A stretch of DNA of 64,000 bases from an uncultured Nitrososphaeraceae archaeon (GCA_963765895.1 CAVXZB010000088.1:96001-160000); one strand, 5' to 3'. Positions 33,653 to 44,784 are shown, counted from the first letter of the stretch. A program made the numbers and translations. The notes: a model not told the origin generated them from the letters alone.

Positions 33653-34722
33653 AAGTTTATCGATTCCAAAGCTTGAAGAAGCAATGCATTGTCATCATGC
33701 TTCTTCACGGAAACTCTAACATATTCTCCGGATTCCAATCCATTGAAGGTAACGCAATCTCTAACAAGGATTCCATCTCGATTTAGAAGAAAATTTCTTA
33801 ATTTGGTCGATTTAATGTTTTTAAGCCGTATTAAAAAATAGTTCACATTGGAGACGATAGGGACAAAAGATTTAGTCTTTCTTTTGATGTAGCTTTGCAT
33901 AAATCTCCTCTCTTTTTCAATCAATGCTCTAGCCTTTGTCAAATGACGATAATCCTTTAAAGCACAAACTGCTGCACTCTGTGCGATCCCATTTACACTC
34001 CAAGGTATTTGATAAGAAGATAGTTTCTTGCCTAGCTTTGGATTACAGATGCTATATCCTACCCTGAGACCGGCAAGACCAAAGGATTTAGTTAGCGATC
34101 GAATGATTACTAAATTATCAAATTCCTGGATTTTTCCAACTAAGGAATCGGACATCCCTCCCTTGGAAACTAGTTCGATGAACGACTCATCCAGTAGAAC
34201 GATAGTGGGATATGTAACAGATTCCAAGATTTTTTTAATACTATTCGATGAAAGCAGTCCAGTAGGGTTATTTGGATTGCACAGGTATATAGCGTCTGAG
34301 TCTTTAGCCCTTCTTATTATGGATTCCGCATCTATATTCAAATTCTTAAGTGGCACGAACGTAATTTGCGCATTCATTAGTTTAGATGCGAGTTCGTATT
34401 CGCAAAACGTGGGTGCTGGGATAACCACCTTATTACGTACGAAGGCACGAGCAAAATTATGGATTATCTCCATTGCCCCATTTCCTACGCTTATCCAATC
34501 CTGGTCTAGATCCAATCGTAAATATTCCAATATTCCCTTTTTTAGTTCGCGACATTCTGGATCTGGATAAACTGAGGACAGCGAATCAATACTTTTATGG
34601 ATAGTTTTTAAAACGACCGTCGAAATACCCAATGGATTTACACTGGAGCTGAAATCGAATTTTACTAAGTCTGGATTTACAGAATAAATCCCTCCATGGA
34701 TACAGCTATTAGGCATGTTCAC
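33649..34722 (-). CDS. cobD: L-threonine-O-3-phosphate decarboxylase (PLP class I/II)
   Basis: HGG, DFSSSVNPLG, CNPNNPTG, DESF and RSLTKSFGLAGLRVGY; first gene of the cob operon. Confidence 0.88.
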   Translation of the reverse strand: MNMPNSCIHGGIYSVNPDLVKFDFSSSVNPLGISTVVLKTIHKSIDSLSSVYPDPECRELKKGILEYLRLDLDQDWISVGNGAMEIIHNFARAFVRNKVVIPAPTFCEYELASKLMNAQITFVPLKNLNIDAESIIRRAKDSDAIYLCNPNNPTGLLSSNSIKKILESVTYPTIVLLDESFIELVSKGGMSDSLVGKIQEFDNLVIIRSLTKSFGLAGLRVGYSICNPKLGKKLSSYQIPWSVNGIAQSAAVCALKDYRHLTKARALIEKERRFMQSYIKRKTKSFVPIVSNVNYFLIRLKNIKSTKLRNFLLNRDGILVRDCVTFNGLESGEYVRVSVKKHDDNALLLQALESINL

Positions 34723-34877
34723 TATGCATAAGGGGTTCAGATATCTTTATGTTTGTCATTAAATCTAATTAGGCAAAAGAGTGGGTGCCTATCATCAGCA
34801 TCTCAAATCTTGATAATATAGAACTAAAAATGAGATTTTGAAAACGATTATTAAATGTAAGTAGCTAAGGCGCATTT

Positions 34878-35954
34878 ATGCTAAGAACAGCTGTACTAGG
34901 AGCTACCGGCGCAGTAGGGCAAGAGTTTGTAATATCTCTGAATAAACATCCTTGGTTTGAATTAACACAAATTGCATCATCCTCTAGATCCGCAGGTAAA
35001 AAATATGTAGATGCATTACGCGATCCTGCTTCTGGGATATTAAAGTGGCACAACTCTGAATCAGTGCCAGACTATGTACAGGATATGATTATTAGTAGAA
35101 TAGAAGACATAAATCCAGATAAATTTGATCTAATATTTACCGCTCTTAACTCTGATGACGCACAAACGATAGAACCTGATTTTGCACGGTCAGTACCGGT
35201 GATCAGCACTGCTGCGGCCTTTAGATATGAAAATGACGTCCCTATTTTAATACCAGGTATTAACGATGAACACCTAGAATTGCTAAATGTTCAGAAAAAA
35301 ATCAGAAAATGGAATGGATTTATAGCCCCCTTGCCAAATTGCACCACCACAGGCCTTGCAATTACATTAAAGCCAATTATAGATAAGTATGGAGTAAAGA
35401 GCGTGTTCATGACATCCTTGCAAGCCTTGTCAGGTGCTGGTCGATCTCCTGGTGTAATTGCTCTAGACATTATGGATAACGTTATCCCGTATATTCCGAA
35501 AGAGGAAGAAAAGGTCCAGATCGAAACAAGAAAAATTCTCGGCAAGTTGAATCAAAAGTCAATTCTACCAAATAATATAAGAGTGAGCTGTACTTGCATG
35601 AGAGTTCCAGTTTCAGATGGCCATACAGAGTCTGTATTTGTAGAGACCAAAGAATCTGTAGATCCAGACCTAATAAAAAAGGAAATGTTAAATTTCTCCA
35701 AAAATGTGTCAATTAAGGAGTTGCCTACTGCGCCAAAAGACTACATCCTCGTCCACGATGATCCTACCAGGCCACAGCCCCGTATTGATAGAGAAATTAA
35801 TGATGGAATGACTACGGTAGTAGGAAGAATAAGAAAAGACACTGTTTTTGAAAATGGAATTAAGTATGTTCTACTTTCTCATAATGAAAAAATGGGCTCG
35901 GCAAAAGGAGCAGTTCTACTTGCGGAACTCCTAAAACGCAAGAATATTATCTAG
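34878..35954 (+). CDS. asd: Aspartate-semialdehyde dehydrogenase (archaeal type)
   Basis: LGATGAVGQ, PNCTT, QALSGAG, RVPVSDGH and RPQPR motifs. Confidence 0.95.
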   Translation: MLRTAVLGATGAVGQEFVISLNKHPWFELTQIASSSRSAGKKYVDALRDPASGILKWHNSESVPDYVQDMIISRIEDINPDKFDLIFTALNSDDAQTIEPDFARSVPVISTAAAFRYENDVPILIPGINDEHLELLNVQKKIRKWNGFIAPLPNCTTTGLAITLKPIIDKYGVKSVFMTSLQALSGAGRSPGVIALDIMDNVIPYIPKEEEKVQIETRKILGKLNQKSILPNNIRVSCTCMRVPVSDGHTESVFVETKESVDPDLIKKEMLNFSKNVSIKELPTAPKDYILVHDDPTRPQPRIDREINDGMTTVVGRIRKDTVFENGIKYVLLSHNEKMGSAKGAVLLAELLKRKNII

Positions 35955-36037
35955 CCTCTTTTATTGTAAGAAATTAGATTAAATTTGAAATTAATAGGTT
36001 TATTAATCACTCAATTAAAGTTATAATGGTATAATAT

Positions 36038-36502
36038 ATGGGAAGGATAGATGATTTAGATCTGAAGATTTTAAGCGAGCTTGCTAGAGATGCTAGCATA
36101 TCAGTGCCAAAGCTTTCAAAAAAGATTAATGTCAATGCTTCTGTCGTATATAGCAGGATAAAACGGCTGGCCAGAAGAGGACTAATCAAAAAATTTACCA
36201 TTATGATTAATGACGAGGCATTAGGTTTCAATGTAAAGGCCCTTACTGGTGTTAACATGGATTCAAAAATGAGAGACAATGTCCTCAATGAGCTATTTAA
36301 GATATCTGAAGTAAGAGAAGTAGCAGAGGTTACCGGAAGATTTGACATTCTGGTAACCATGACCGCTCGGTCCCTAGATGAGATGCATCAATTGATATCT
36401 GAAAGGGTAGGTCGGATAGAAGGAGTTCAGAAAACAGAAACCTTTATAGAAATGAGAAAAACAGTTCGCGAAATTCTCTATGCTGCGCCCATATCCAAAT
36501 AG
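36038..36502 (+). CDS. Lrp/AsnC family transcriptional regulator
   Basis: IDDLDLKILSEL..DA HTH followed by a RAM domain (EVTGRFDI). Confidence 0.93.
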   Translation: MGRIDDLDLKILSELARDASISVPKLSKKINVNASVVYSRIKRLARRGLIKKFTIMINDEALGFNVKALTGVNMDSKMRDNVLNELFKISEVREVAEVTGRFDILVTMTARSLDEMHQLISERVGRIEGVQKTETFIEMRKTVREILYAAPISK

Positions 36503-36578
36503 ATTGTTGTTTATCTTGGAAAGATCTATATAATTTATTAGGATAATGCCTTTTATAACAGACTAAAGAAGATCCTAT

Positions 36579-37475
36579 ATGGGTACTTTAATCCCTCAGT
36601 CATCTGTACACAATTTATTAAAAAATTATTATGAACTAACTAAACCCAAGATTTGGTATCTATTAGTTTTTACTGCGTTCGGTTCAGCGCTTACGGCGTC
36701 CTTCTTATTTGATATCCCTGTTCAACCGCTAACTTGGATACTGCTCATCGCAGGTGTAGCTGCAGGTTCGGCTGCAGCTGATACCATAACAGGCTATAAT
36801 GATCGTGACATAGACGCAATTATGGAAAGGACTAAACAAAGACCGATTCCCTCAGGTAGAATTTCGCCCAGAAATGCACTCGTATTCGGACTGATTTTGA
36901 CCGCAATTTCTTTGATATGTTCGTGGCTAATCAATGTCTGGGTATTTGCTTTGATGATATTTGGATTATTTGATAATATCATAGTTTATAGCAAATGGCT
37001 GAAACGTACTAGCCAATCTAATATCATACTAGGTGGATTTTCTGGGGGTGCGCCAGCTATGATCGGTTACTTGGCAGTAACAACACAAAACCTTGAAGTT
37101 GGTCTGGTCATGGCTGGTCTTGTCTTTTTATGGATCCCTACACACATTTGGAGTCTGGCTTTGCATGTTAAAAAAGACTACTTGAAAGCACAAGTTCCAA
37201 TGCTACCGGTTGTCTCCTCCGAAAGATCTTCAGTCAGGATAATTGCTGGAACAACTCTCCTAATGGTTTTGTTTAGTATTATTCCGTTTTTCTTTGATCA
37301 ATTTGGCCTGATTTATCTAGTTACTGCTTCTATATTTGGGGCAATTATGATTTTCCTTTCGGTGCGGCTCTTGGTAAAACCCAGTGAAGAAGCATCCTGG
37401 CTGGTATTCAAATTTTCAAGTCCATATTTGATGGCACTGTTCATAGCATTTATTGTTGATGCGTACTTTCACTAG
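36579..37475 (+). CDS. cyoE: Protoheme IX farnesyltransferase (heme o synthase)
   Basis: LTKPKI, DRDIDAIMERTKQRPIPSG, W.P.H.WSLA and DY..A.VPMLP motifs. Confidence 0.94.
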   Translation: MGTLIPQSSVHNLLKNYYELTKPKIWYLLVFTAFGSALTASFLFDIPVQPLTWILLIAGVAAGSAAADTITGYNDRDIDAIMERTKQRPIPSGRISPRNALVFGLILTAISLICSWLINVWVFALMIFGLFDNIIVYSKWLKRTSQSNIILGGFSGGAPAMIGYLAVTTQNLEVGLVMAGLVFLWIPTHIWSLALHVKKDYLKAQVPMLPVVSSERSSVRIIAGTTLLMVLFSIIPFFFDQFGLIYLVTASIFGAIMIFLSVRLLVKPSEEASWLVFKFSSPYLMALFIAFIVDAYFH

Positions 37476-37527
37476 TTGATATGAGCAAAAATCCATCGCT
37501 AATCTAGATAAATTATTGCAAACATGG

Positions 37528-38235
37528 TTACTGTAATGAAAGTACTTTTTCACATTCGTAGAGTATTCTTGCAATAACCACGTGAGCTTCTAGACTGTAA
37601 TTTCCTATTGAGTAAAAATAATCACAGAGCCTTTTCGTATTTTCGGTGAAATGGCCACTTGGAAAACCGCCTATTATGAAGACACACCGACAATTATCTT
37701 TGCTTATGTGTGTGGAAATAATATTTTCTGGAGGACTTTGAACCCCAGTTCTAGAAAACCCTATCACCTTTAATGGCTTTATAGTGTCATTTATCAAGGA
37801 GTTTAGGGAAACATTATTTTGCAACTTCAGAAGAGTAGCATTTTTTCCTTCTTTTATATGATATTTTTTGAACAGATCGATCATTAAGCCCTGAAAACGA
37901 GGGTAAGATTTTGGTATCCTCAGGTTTTCACCAATATAGACTACTTGATTATTTATTGTTGATACATATACCTGTAGTAGGTTATTAAAGAATAGCGGAG
38001 TAGACAATGCTTCAATTAAGGCAAAATGTACTAGATCAGGTCTACCACGTTTCCAGGCATATTCGAGTTTGGAACTCAGCATTGCCGCATGATGATAACT
38101 TCTGTCTAGTAATATTTCCGAGGGTCTCTTTCCCAACTTCCTTGCGTGATTTGTAACCGACGGATGATCTATTATGTTAACTGGAATTTTTTCAAGCGCA
38201 GCTTCCGCAATCACTAGCGATATAGCTTTGGTCAT
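37528..38235 (-). CDS. nep1: 16S rRNA pseudouridine methyltransferase Nep1/EMG1
   Basis: LLDRSYHH, KRGRPDLVH, RIPKSY.RF.GL and IGGFPSGHF motifs. Confidence 0.94.
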   Translation of the reverse strand: MTKAISLVIAEAALEKIPVNIIDHPSVTNHARKLGKRPSEILLDRSYHHAAMLSSKLEYAWKRGRPDLVHFALIEALSTPLFFNNLLQVYVSTINNQVVYIGENLRIPKSYPRFQGLMIDLFKKYHIKEGKNATLLKLQNNVSLNSLINDTIKPLKVIGFSRTGVQSPPENIISTHISKDNCRCVFIIGGFPSGHFTENTKRLCDYFYSIGNYSLEAHVVIARILYECEKVLSLQ

Positions 38236-38336
38236 TTATTTCAATTATAACAACATGTGCTTCATAATCTTTCGTGTAAGACCTAAGGCTTCGTGTATAT
38301 CATAATCGTGAATCAGACGCCTGTAGTCAGTCTATT

Positions 38337-38723
38337 TTAATGTGTCTTTTTTCCATGTATTAGCTTCTTTAATTCCTCAATAGACGAAGTCAACTCTTGA
38401 CGTGCATCTTTCTCATTTTCAATACTAATTAATATTTCTCCCGGTCCAAATTTGGTTTTATTTATATTGATTGGTACTTCTAGGTGTAAAAGTTCAGATA
38501 AGAATTCAAAAAGGTTGGGACAAGCAATATTGTTAATGTAAAAATAAGAAGTTGTTCCTTCGCTAACAATTCCTTCTTGCTCTATTGGAAACGTAAAAGA
38601 GGGTGAACTAAGAGCTTCAATAATTGAATTAGACATTTTTACCAAAGCAGAGTTCATTCTATCGTGATGCTTTAAGTCAAAATACCTTTTTGCAGTATCT
38701 TCTAGTTCAGCGATTTTTTCCAT
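38337..38723 (-). CDS. Hypothetical protein
   Basis: 128-aa ORF with a GGTGA SD-like site upstream. Confidence 0.7.
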   Translation of the reverse strand: MEKIAELEDTAKRYFDLKHHDRMNSALVKMSNSIIEALSSPSFTFPIEQEGIVSEGTTSYFYINNIACPNLFEFLSELLHLEVPININKTKFGPGEILISIENEKDARQELTSSIEELKKLIHGKKTH

Positions 38724-39663
38724 CTGTTGGTAACCACTTCACCCTGACTAATATAAACAGTTTTAATTAATTCTTCGGTGTCTTAAGATACCGCCAAGAG
38801 GATGAAATTTAGTGTTTAATGCATGACAGATTGTTATCTAGGTGATTCTTGCAAGATTTACCTCGATACTTCGATATTGAAGTAGTTTGATCCAATCAAT
38901 TAGGGAATCGCGTTATATCGTGCTTAATATTGATTGCTAAATCTACTGCTCCTCAGCTCAAACGAATCCAGTTCACAGCATCCAAGTGAGACTTGTAGGT
39001 TTGATTTAATTCTATCCATCCATCTTCCCTTGTCATGTTAGGTTGAGGCAGTATTACGTACATTTCTGTAGGAGCGAAAAGAATTGCATCATAGATGAGG
39101 TGAGCTCTTCAGGTTGATGATATGAGTGACGAACATCTTAAAACTCTTTTTTTAGTGCGATCGATCTTGTTTACAATATCTCTTAACAATCTCTATGTTA
39201 GAATTGGCCTGTATGTCGTTATTTTTTTGAATAGTAGCTTTGAAATGTGTACTAAAATTTACTGTCTACATGATAATTCATGAATCATTATTCACAGCTA
39301 TAATGTTTTAGCTCATAATGAGCTAGTTATAATGATAAATTTCATAGAAATACAAATAGATAATGGTGGATACCCAAAGTGTATTCCAAGTGAACAAGTG
39401 TAAGTCGAGGCGAAGTCACATATATCATAGATAGTTCAAAATTAAAGAATTCGCAGATACCGATGCCACAACAATATGTATCAATCAATCCGCAGAATGA
39501 CTTCCGGCATTTGGCCTTCTCAAATGCTCTAGCAAGACTGTATACCGAATTACTGATTTCAAATCTATTCTCCGTACAGACTCTTAACCATTCGACTTGC
39601 ATTCAAGACTGTTAACTAGCGGCAAAGGTTTTATTTCCTATTTCTATTACTCAGCCTATTCAT

Positions 39664-39975
39664 GTGAAGAAAAAACTCGCAAGAGAAATTGGGAGAGAAA
39701 GGATAGATATTGTGGTAGCTAATGCTTTAGACTATTCTAGAATCAATGAAGATCTCGCAAACGCTCAAGCCCAACTAGCAAAAAAAATTGCAATGCGAGT
39801 TCGGTTAAAACTTGATTATGAAATTCGACAGTTGTATTGTAAAAAATGCAAATATTTTATCATTCCTGGCAGAAACAGTAGAATCAGGGTTGGCAGATAT
39901 AGGGTGAAAGGGATAAGAATTACTTGTTTAAGGTGTGGTCATGTATACAGAAAGATCATTAAACGTAGATTTTAA
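39664..39975 (+). CDS. rnp4: Ribonuclease P protein component 4 (Rpp21)
   Basis: ERI...AKKIAMR, YCKKC..IIPG...R.RV and ITCLRCG zinc ribbon. Confidence 0.93.
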   Translation: MKKKLAREIGRERIDIVVANALDYSRINEDLANAQAQLAKKIAMRVRLKLDYEIRQLYCKKCKYFIIPGRNSRIRVGRYRVKGIRITCLRCGHVYRKIIKRRF

Positions 39976-39993
39976 GTACATTTCTATTTGATA

Positions 39994-40010
39994 AAAAAAG
40001 AGTTTATAAG
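39994..40010 (+). promoter_or_regulatory. Archaeal BRE/TATA promoter of rps19e
   Basis: AAAAAAGAG followed by TTTATAA about 32 nt upstream of ATG 40041. Confidence 0.6.
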
Positions 40011-40040
40011 GGAAACGTAGAGTGATTAATCAGTATCATT

Positions 40041-40493
40041 ATGGCTAAGGCTTACGATATACCAGCAAACCATCTAATTATACGGCTGGCCGACCAGTTA
40101 AAAAAAGATAAGAAAATTGAGCAACCCGGCTGGGCCGCGTTTGTAAAGACAGGATCACATGTAGAGAAGATTCCTCAGAATAAAGATTGGTGGTATATCA
40201 GATGTGCGTCTCTAGTCAGGAAGGTCTACATGCGTGGACCTGTAGGAGTTTCGGACCTAAAGAGCATGTACGGTGGTCGGAAACGCATAGGATATTATTT
40301 AGATCATCATAGGGACGCGGGTGGTGCAATTATTCGTAGGGCATTACAACAGCTGGAAATGTCTGGTTATATAGCTAAAAAAAATAATGGCAGAATCATC
40401 TCCAATGAAGGCATGAAAAAAGTTGACCGATTGGCAACAGAGATCTACAAGGATATCGCGGGTAGTCGTCCGGGATTGCAAAGATACGCCTGA
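40041..40493 (+). CDS. rps19e: 30S ribosomal protein S19e
   Basis: WA.FVKTG.H.E..P...DWWYIRCAS..RK.Y and GGAIIRRALQQLE motifs. Confidence 0.97.
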   Translation: MAKAYDIPANHLIIRLADQLKKDKKIEQPGWAAFVKTGSHVEKIPQNKDWWYIRCASLVRKVYMRGPVGVSDLKSMYGGRKRIGYYLDHHRDAGGAIIRRALQQLEMSGYIAKKNNGRIISNEGMKKVDRLATEIYKDIAGSRPGLQRYA

Positions 40494-40520
40494 TAGAATC
40501 TGATAGGAAGGTGTCATCCT

Positions 40521-40809
40521 GTGTCTGTACCTCAATCTCAGCCAAGTGATGAAGACTCGAAGAAGCGTGAGGCCGAAGCAGGCAGCTATGCGACAGCGCG
40601 TCTTGACGGTTCTTTTGGATCCCAATGCAAGACAGCGGTTAGCGAATATAAGAATAGTTAAACCGGAACTCGCTATGGCAGTTGAGAATTATTTAATTAA
40701 TGCAGCTTCATCTGGAAGGCTAAATAGACCACTAAATGATAGCGAGCTGAAGCAAGTTTTGCTCAGTCTGCAACAACCTAAAAAAGAATTCAGAATAGAT
40801 AGACGATAG
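40521..40809 (+). CDS. PDCD5-family dsDNA-binding protein; frameshift near 40581
   Basis: LDPNARQRLANIRIVKPELAMAVENYLI motif; conserved position after rps19e; N-terminus VSVPQSQPSDEDSKKREAEA lies in another frame. Confidence 0.9.
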
Positions 40810-40915
40810 CAAGACTAATAGTGCCGTTATTTTCTGTCTCTGAAAGCACATTAAACTAAACGATCGTCGTTTGGGCGAGTTAACTATATTAAGTATAAGT
40901 TGCGCTTCAAAGTTC

Positions 40916-41965
40916 ATGAAGGCAGCCGTATTCAGGGAATATAATAAGGATCCGACAAACGTTGTTAAGATAGAAGCTATAGATATGCCGAAATTGAAGC
41001 CTAACGAAATCATGATTAAGGTAGAGGCAGCATCATATAATTACAACGATTTATGGGCAATTTGGGGCGATCCCATCAAGACTCCACTCCCGCACATCTC
41101 TGGAAGTGATGTAGCAGGCACGGCAGTTGAAGTTGGTGAAGATGTGTTGCACATACGGGTTGGAGATAGAATAGTATCCCATTCGAACATGAGTTGCCGG
41201 GTATGCGAGATGTGTACATCTGGCAGAGAATATGATTGTGCAGATAGAACAATTTGGGGTTTTCAAACAGGTCCGCTTTGGGGGGGCTTCGCTCAATATA
41301 CACATTTGCCAGAAGTAAACGTAGCAAAAATCCCTGATAACGTTTCCTTTGAATCTGCTGCGGCGATTTCAATGGTAGGGATGACTTCATGGCACATGTT
41401 GGTTGGAAGAGCAAAAATAAGACCAGGCCAGGTGGTTTTGATAATGGGAGGGACTAGTGGCGTAGGCATGGCAGGAATCCAGATTGCAAAGCTATTTAAT
41501 TGCCGTGTAATAGCCACGGCAGGTAATAAAGAAAAGATGGATAAATGCCTAGAAATTGGTGCAGATCATGTGGTAAATCATAGGGAGCAGGATTGGTATA
41601 AAAAGGTTAGAGAGATTACAAAAAAACAAGGGGTAGACGTAGTCTTCGAACATATTGGCAAAACGACGTTCCCATATGAAGTAGGACTTCTTAAGATTGG
41701 AGGGACACTTGTAGCAACGGGTGCAACCACAGGTTATGATTCAACAATTGATTTACGATACCTTTTCTTCAAAGGCACGAATCTATTAGGATCGACCCAG
41801 GGAACAAAAGCTGAATTAGAGCAAGTCATATATTGGACTAGTGAAGAAAGAATAAAGCCAGTGATAGGCACAGTTTTGCCATTTGAGGATATGGTTAAAG
41901 GGCATGAAATGATGGCCAAGGCCGAACAAATAGGAAAGATAGTTACTACCCCACAAAAGCTATAA
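40916..41965 (+). CDS. Zinc-binding medium-chain dehydrogenase/reductase (MDR)
   Basis: PHISGSDVAG, structural Zn site CRVCEMC...C, GGTSGVG, GKIV. Confidence 0.9.
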   Translation: MKAAVFREYNKDPTNVVKIEAIDMPKLKPNEIMIKVEAASYNYNDLWAIWGDPIKTPLPHISGSDVAGTAVEVGEDVLHIRVGDRIVSHSNMSCRVCEMCTSGREYDCADRTIWGFQTGPLWGGFAQYTHLPEVNVAKIPDNVSFESAAAISMVGMTSWHMLVGRAKIRPGQVVLIMGGTSGVGMAGIQIAKLFNCRVIATAGNKEKMDKCLEIGADHVVNHREQDWYKKVREITKKQGVDVVFEHIGKTTFPYEVGLLKIGGTLVATGATTGYDSTIDLRYLFFKGTNLLGSTQGTKAELEQVIYWTSEERIKPVIGTVLPFEDMVKGHEMMAKAEQIGKIVTTPQKL

Positions 41966-41981
41966 TTCCAGACGTGTTCCA

Positions 41982-42897
41982 ATGAATCGAACACTTATTT
42001 TTGTTCCTGGTAACAGTGCACGATTTATTAGTAGCGCCAAAAAATCAAATGCAGATATTGTATGTTTTGACTTAGAGGATTCAGTTACCTTGTCATGAGA
42101 AATCTTCTGCAAGAGAAATGATAGGAGAGGCTATCAGCCATACAGATGATTTCAAAAATACATTCAGTTTGTACGTAAGGACGAACTCATATGATTCTGG
42201 ACTCCTATTCACAGACCTTACGGCAGTAATACAGAAAGGAATTACTGGTGTCGTCATACCAAAGGTCAACGATAATACAGAAATCAGCGAAATATCATCG
42301 TTTATTTCTAGACTTGAAATAGAGAGAAAAATCGGGCATGACGTTATAAAAGTGGTGCCATCTATAGAAACAGCCAAAGGAGTTGTAAATGCATATTCGA
42401 TAGCAAAGTCAGATATTCGAGTGAATCTATTGGTTTTTGGCGTTTTCGATTTTCTTAATGATATGCATCTTGAGTATGTTGAAAATGGTGGAATCGAATA
42501 TTCATATGCAAGGGCCAAAATTCCGGTGGATGCAAGGGCAGCTGGAGTTGCTGCGATTGATGCTATTTGGCAGAAGGTAGATGATATGAATGGTCTAATA
42601 AATGATACCATACTTGCGAAGAGATTGGGCTATGTAGGAAAGTGCATCATTCATCCTACTCAGATTGAACCAGTTCACAAGATATTTATTCCCAGTAAGA
42701 ATGAAGTGGAATGGGCCAAGAAAATAATAGAGTCCCTAGGACCATCCATGGAAAAGGGGAGTAAAACCGGTGCAGTCAGGATTGATGGTAGAATGATAGA
42801 TGCAGTACATTACAAACACGCAAAGACGATATTAAATAACATTAATGAGGACTCGCAGACCGTACTCAGAACTTTAATTTTTCTCTATTATCCATAG
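41982..42897 (+). CDS. HpcH/CitE-family CoA-ester lyase; frameshift near 42088
   Basis: RTLIFVPGN and ADIVCFDLEDSV upstream of the tracked ORF; then IPKV, IETAKGV, GK..IHP.QI and DGRMID. Confidence 0.88.
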
Positions 42898-42965
42898 TTG
42901 AAACTCATTAAATATAAAGTGATATCTATTCATTGCATACAATGCACGAGATGAGGAGATGAGAT

Positions 42966-43574
42966 ATGTTTACTGGCATAATAGAAGGCACAGCTCGTAT
43001 CAAGTCAATCACAAAGCTCGAAAATGGAAAGAGAGCGGCTGGGATGAAAATGACAGTCGATTTAGGCAGATTAGGAAATGGGATAAAAGTTGGCAATAGT
43101 ATAAGCATTAATGGCACATGCTTGACCGTCACAAAAATTAACGATAAACATTATGCTGATTTTGAAATCGTAGGTGAAACTATAAGACGAACTGCCCTTG
43201 GGTCGTTAGGAGTAGATGAAAAGGTAAACATAGAGCGGTGTCTACGGTTCGGGGATAGGATAGAAGGTCATTTGGTCTTGGGTCATATTGACGGAACTGG
43301 TAGAATTGAGAAGGTTATTAACCTTTCAGATGAGAAAAAAATATGGATAAGATTAATGAATAGAAAGTTATTGCGTTACGTAGTCCCTAAAGGATCTGTA
43401 GCTATAGATGGGATAAGTTTGACGGTTGTTGATGTAAAGCACAATCGTTTCTCGGTGGCTGTAATTCCCCATACTGCGATTGTTACCACTCTTGGGAAGA
43501 AATCCAAAGGCGACGCAGTTAACATCGAAATAGATGTTGTTAGCAGGTATGTCAATATTCTTCAACCAAAGTAG
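42966..43574 (+). CDS. ribC: Riboflavin synthase (bacterial alpha-chain type)
   Basis: MFTGIIEG start; SISINGTCLTV, GH.VLGHID and GSVAIDGISLTV. Confidence 0.95.
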   Translation: MFTGIIEGTARIKSITKLENGKRAAGMKMTVDLGRLGNGIKVGNSISINGTCLTVTKINDKHYADFEIVGETIRRTALGSLGVDEKVNIERCLRFGDRIEGHLVLGHIDGTGRIEKVINLSDEKKIWIRLMNRKLLRYVVPKGSVAIDGISLTVVDVKHNRFSVAVIPHTAIVTTLGKKSKGDAVNIEIDVVSRYVNILQPK

Positions 43575-43628
43575 TGGTAACAACTCCTTTTTTAGTAAAC
43601 TATATAAAATCGTGAACATTTCATTGAA

Positions 43629-44327
43629 GTGTTGCATTCAATAGAAGAAGCGATCGCAGCGTTAAGATGTGGTCAATTCATTCTCGTTCATGACGATAAA
43701 GGACGGGAGAACGAAGTTGATATGGTAATTCCTGCTGAATATGTTAAACCAGAACATATCTCAACTATGAGAATGGCTGCGGGCGGATTAATATGTCTAG
43801 CTGTATCAAATAGATACGCGATCAAATTAGGGCTTACATACATGTATAGTATTATGGAGTTGATGGCAAAAATCAATCCTTTATATTCTAAATTGGCATC
43901 TGGCATATCTCCTTATGGAGACAGGCCATCGTTTTCGATTGCCGTCAACCACCGGGACACATTTACAGGCATTACTGATACCGATAGAGCACTTACCATT
44001 TCGAAAATGGCTGCGGTTTGTAACAATATTGATACCACAGGAGTAGAAGAATTTGCCACATGTTTTCGTTCACCTGGTCATGTGCCAATATTGATTGCCT
44101 CAAGCGGGTTATTACGTGAAAGGATTGGACACACAGAATTGTGCATATACCTTGCCCAATTGGCCGGTCTGGTTCATGCTGTGACAATCTGTGAAATGCT
44201 AGATTCAGAAACATATAGATCATTATCCGTTACTAAAGCAGAGAAGTATGCTGAAGATAACAATCTATGTATTCTCGATGCAGAGCTATTAAAGAGATAC
44301 AATGAGGTTTCAAAAGTTGAAAGCTAA
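43629..44327 (+). CDS. ribB: 3,4-dihydroxy-2-butanone-4-phosphate synthase (archaeal type)
   Basis: DDKGRENEVD, TGITD.DRA.T, FRSPGHV, RIGHTE and ICEMLD. Confidence 0.95.
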   Translation: MLHSIEEAIAALRCGQFILVHDDKGRENEVDMVIPAEYVKPEHISTMRMAAGGLICLAVSNRYAIKLGLTYMYSIMELMAKINPLYSKLASGISPYGDRPSFSIAVNHRDTFTGITDTDRALTISKMAAVCNNIDTTGVEEFATCFRSPGHVPILIASSGLLRERIGHTELCIYLAQLAGLVHAVTICEMLDSETYRSLSVTKAEKYAEDNNLCILDAELLKRYNEVSKVES

Positions 44328-44784
44328 GTTGGGCCTCGTTGTTTCTGAATTTAATAACGAAATCACATACAAAATGTTGGCTAGAGCAAAGCAATACATC
44401 AAGAGAGCAGATGCCTCAATACGATACGTTTGTTACGTCCCGGGATCATTCGATATGCCACTTATGATTGGAGAATTACTGAAAAAAAAAGATGTTGATG
44501 CCGTGGTAACTCTGGGAGCAGTAATCAAAGGAGAAACAGGTCATGATGAGATTATAGCAGGCAATGTTGCTAGACTAATTGCTGATTTATCCTTGCGATC
44601 TGGTAAGCCAGTTTCTCTGGGGGTTACAGGGCCGAGTATGACAATCGAACAGGCTATGGAAAGAATAGAAATTATTCCAATGCGTGCAGTCGATGCTGCT
44701 ATAAAAATGGTATTTAGAATGAGAAAGATTAGGAATGAGAAACTGAAGTCACATACTATGAATTCAGTGAGTATAATAAAATGA
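44302..44784 (+). CDS. ribH: 6,7-dimethyl-8-ribityllumazine synthase
   Basis: VVSEFN..IT, VPGSFDMP, LGAVIKGETGH and KPVSLGVTGP. Confidence 0.95.
   Translation: MRFQKLKAKLGLVVSEFNNEITYKMLARAKQYIKRADASIRYVCYVPGSFDMPLMIGELLKKKDVDAVVTLGAVIKGETGHDEIIAGNVARLIADLSLRSGKPVSLGVTGPSMTIEQAMERIEIIPMRAVDAAIKMVFRMRKIRNEKLKSHTMNSVSIIK

Noticed and set aside
39309-39329. Palindrome TAGCTCAT-A-ATGAGCTA with a 14-nt inverted match near 11573
   Set aside because: A match of this length is expected by chance in 64 kb of AT-rich DNA; no consistent promoter position.
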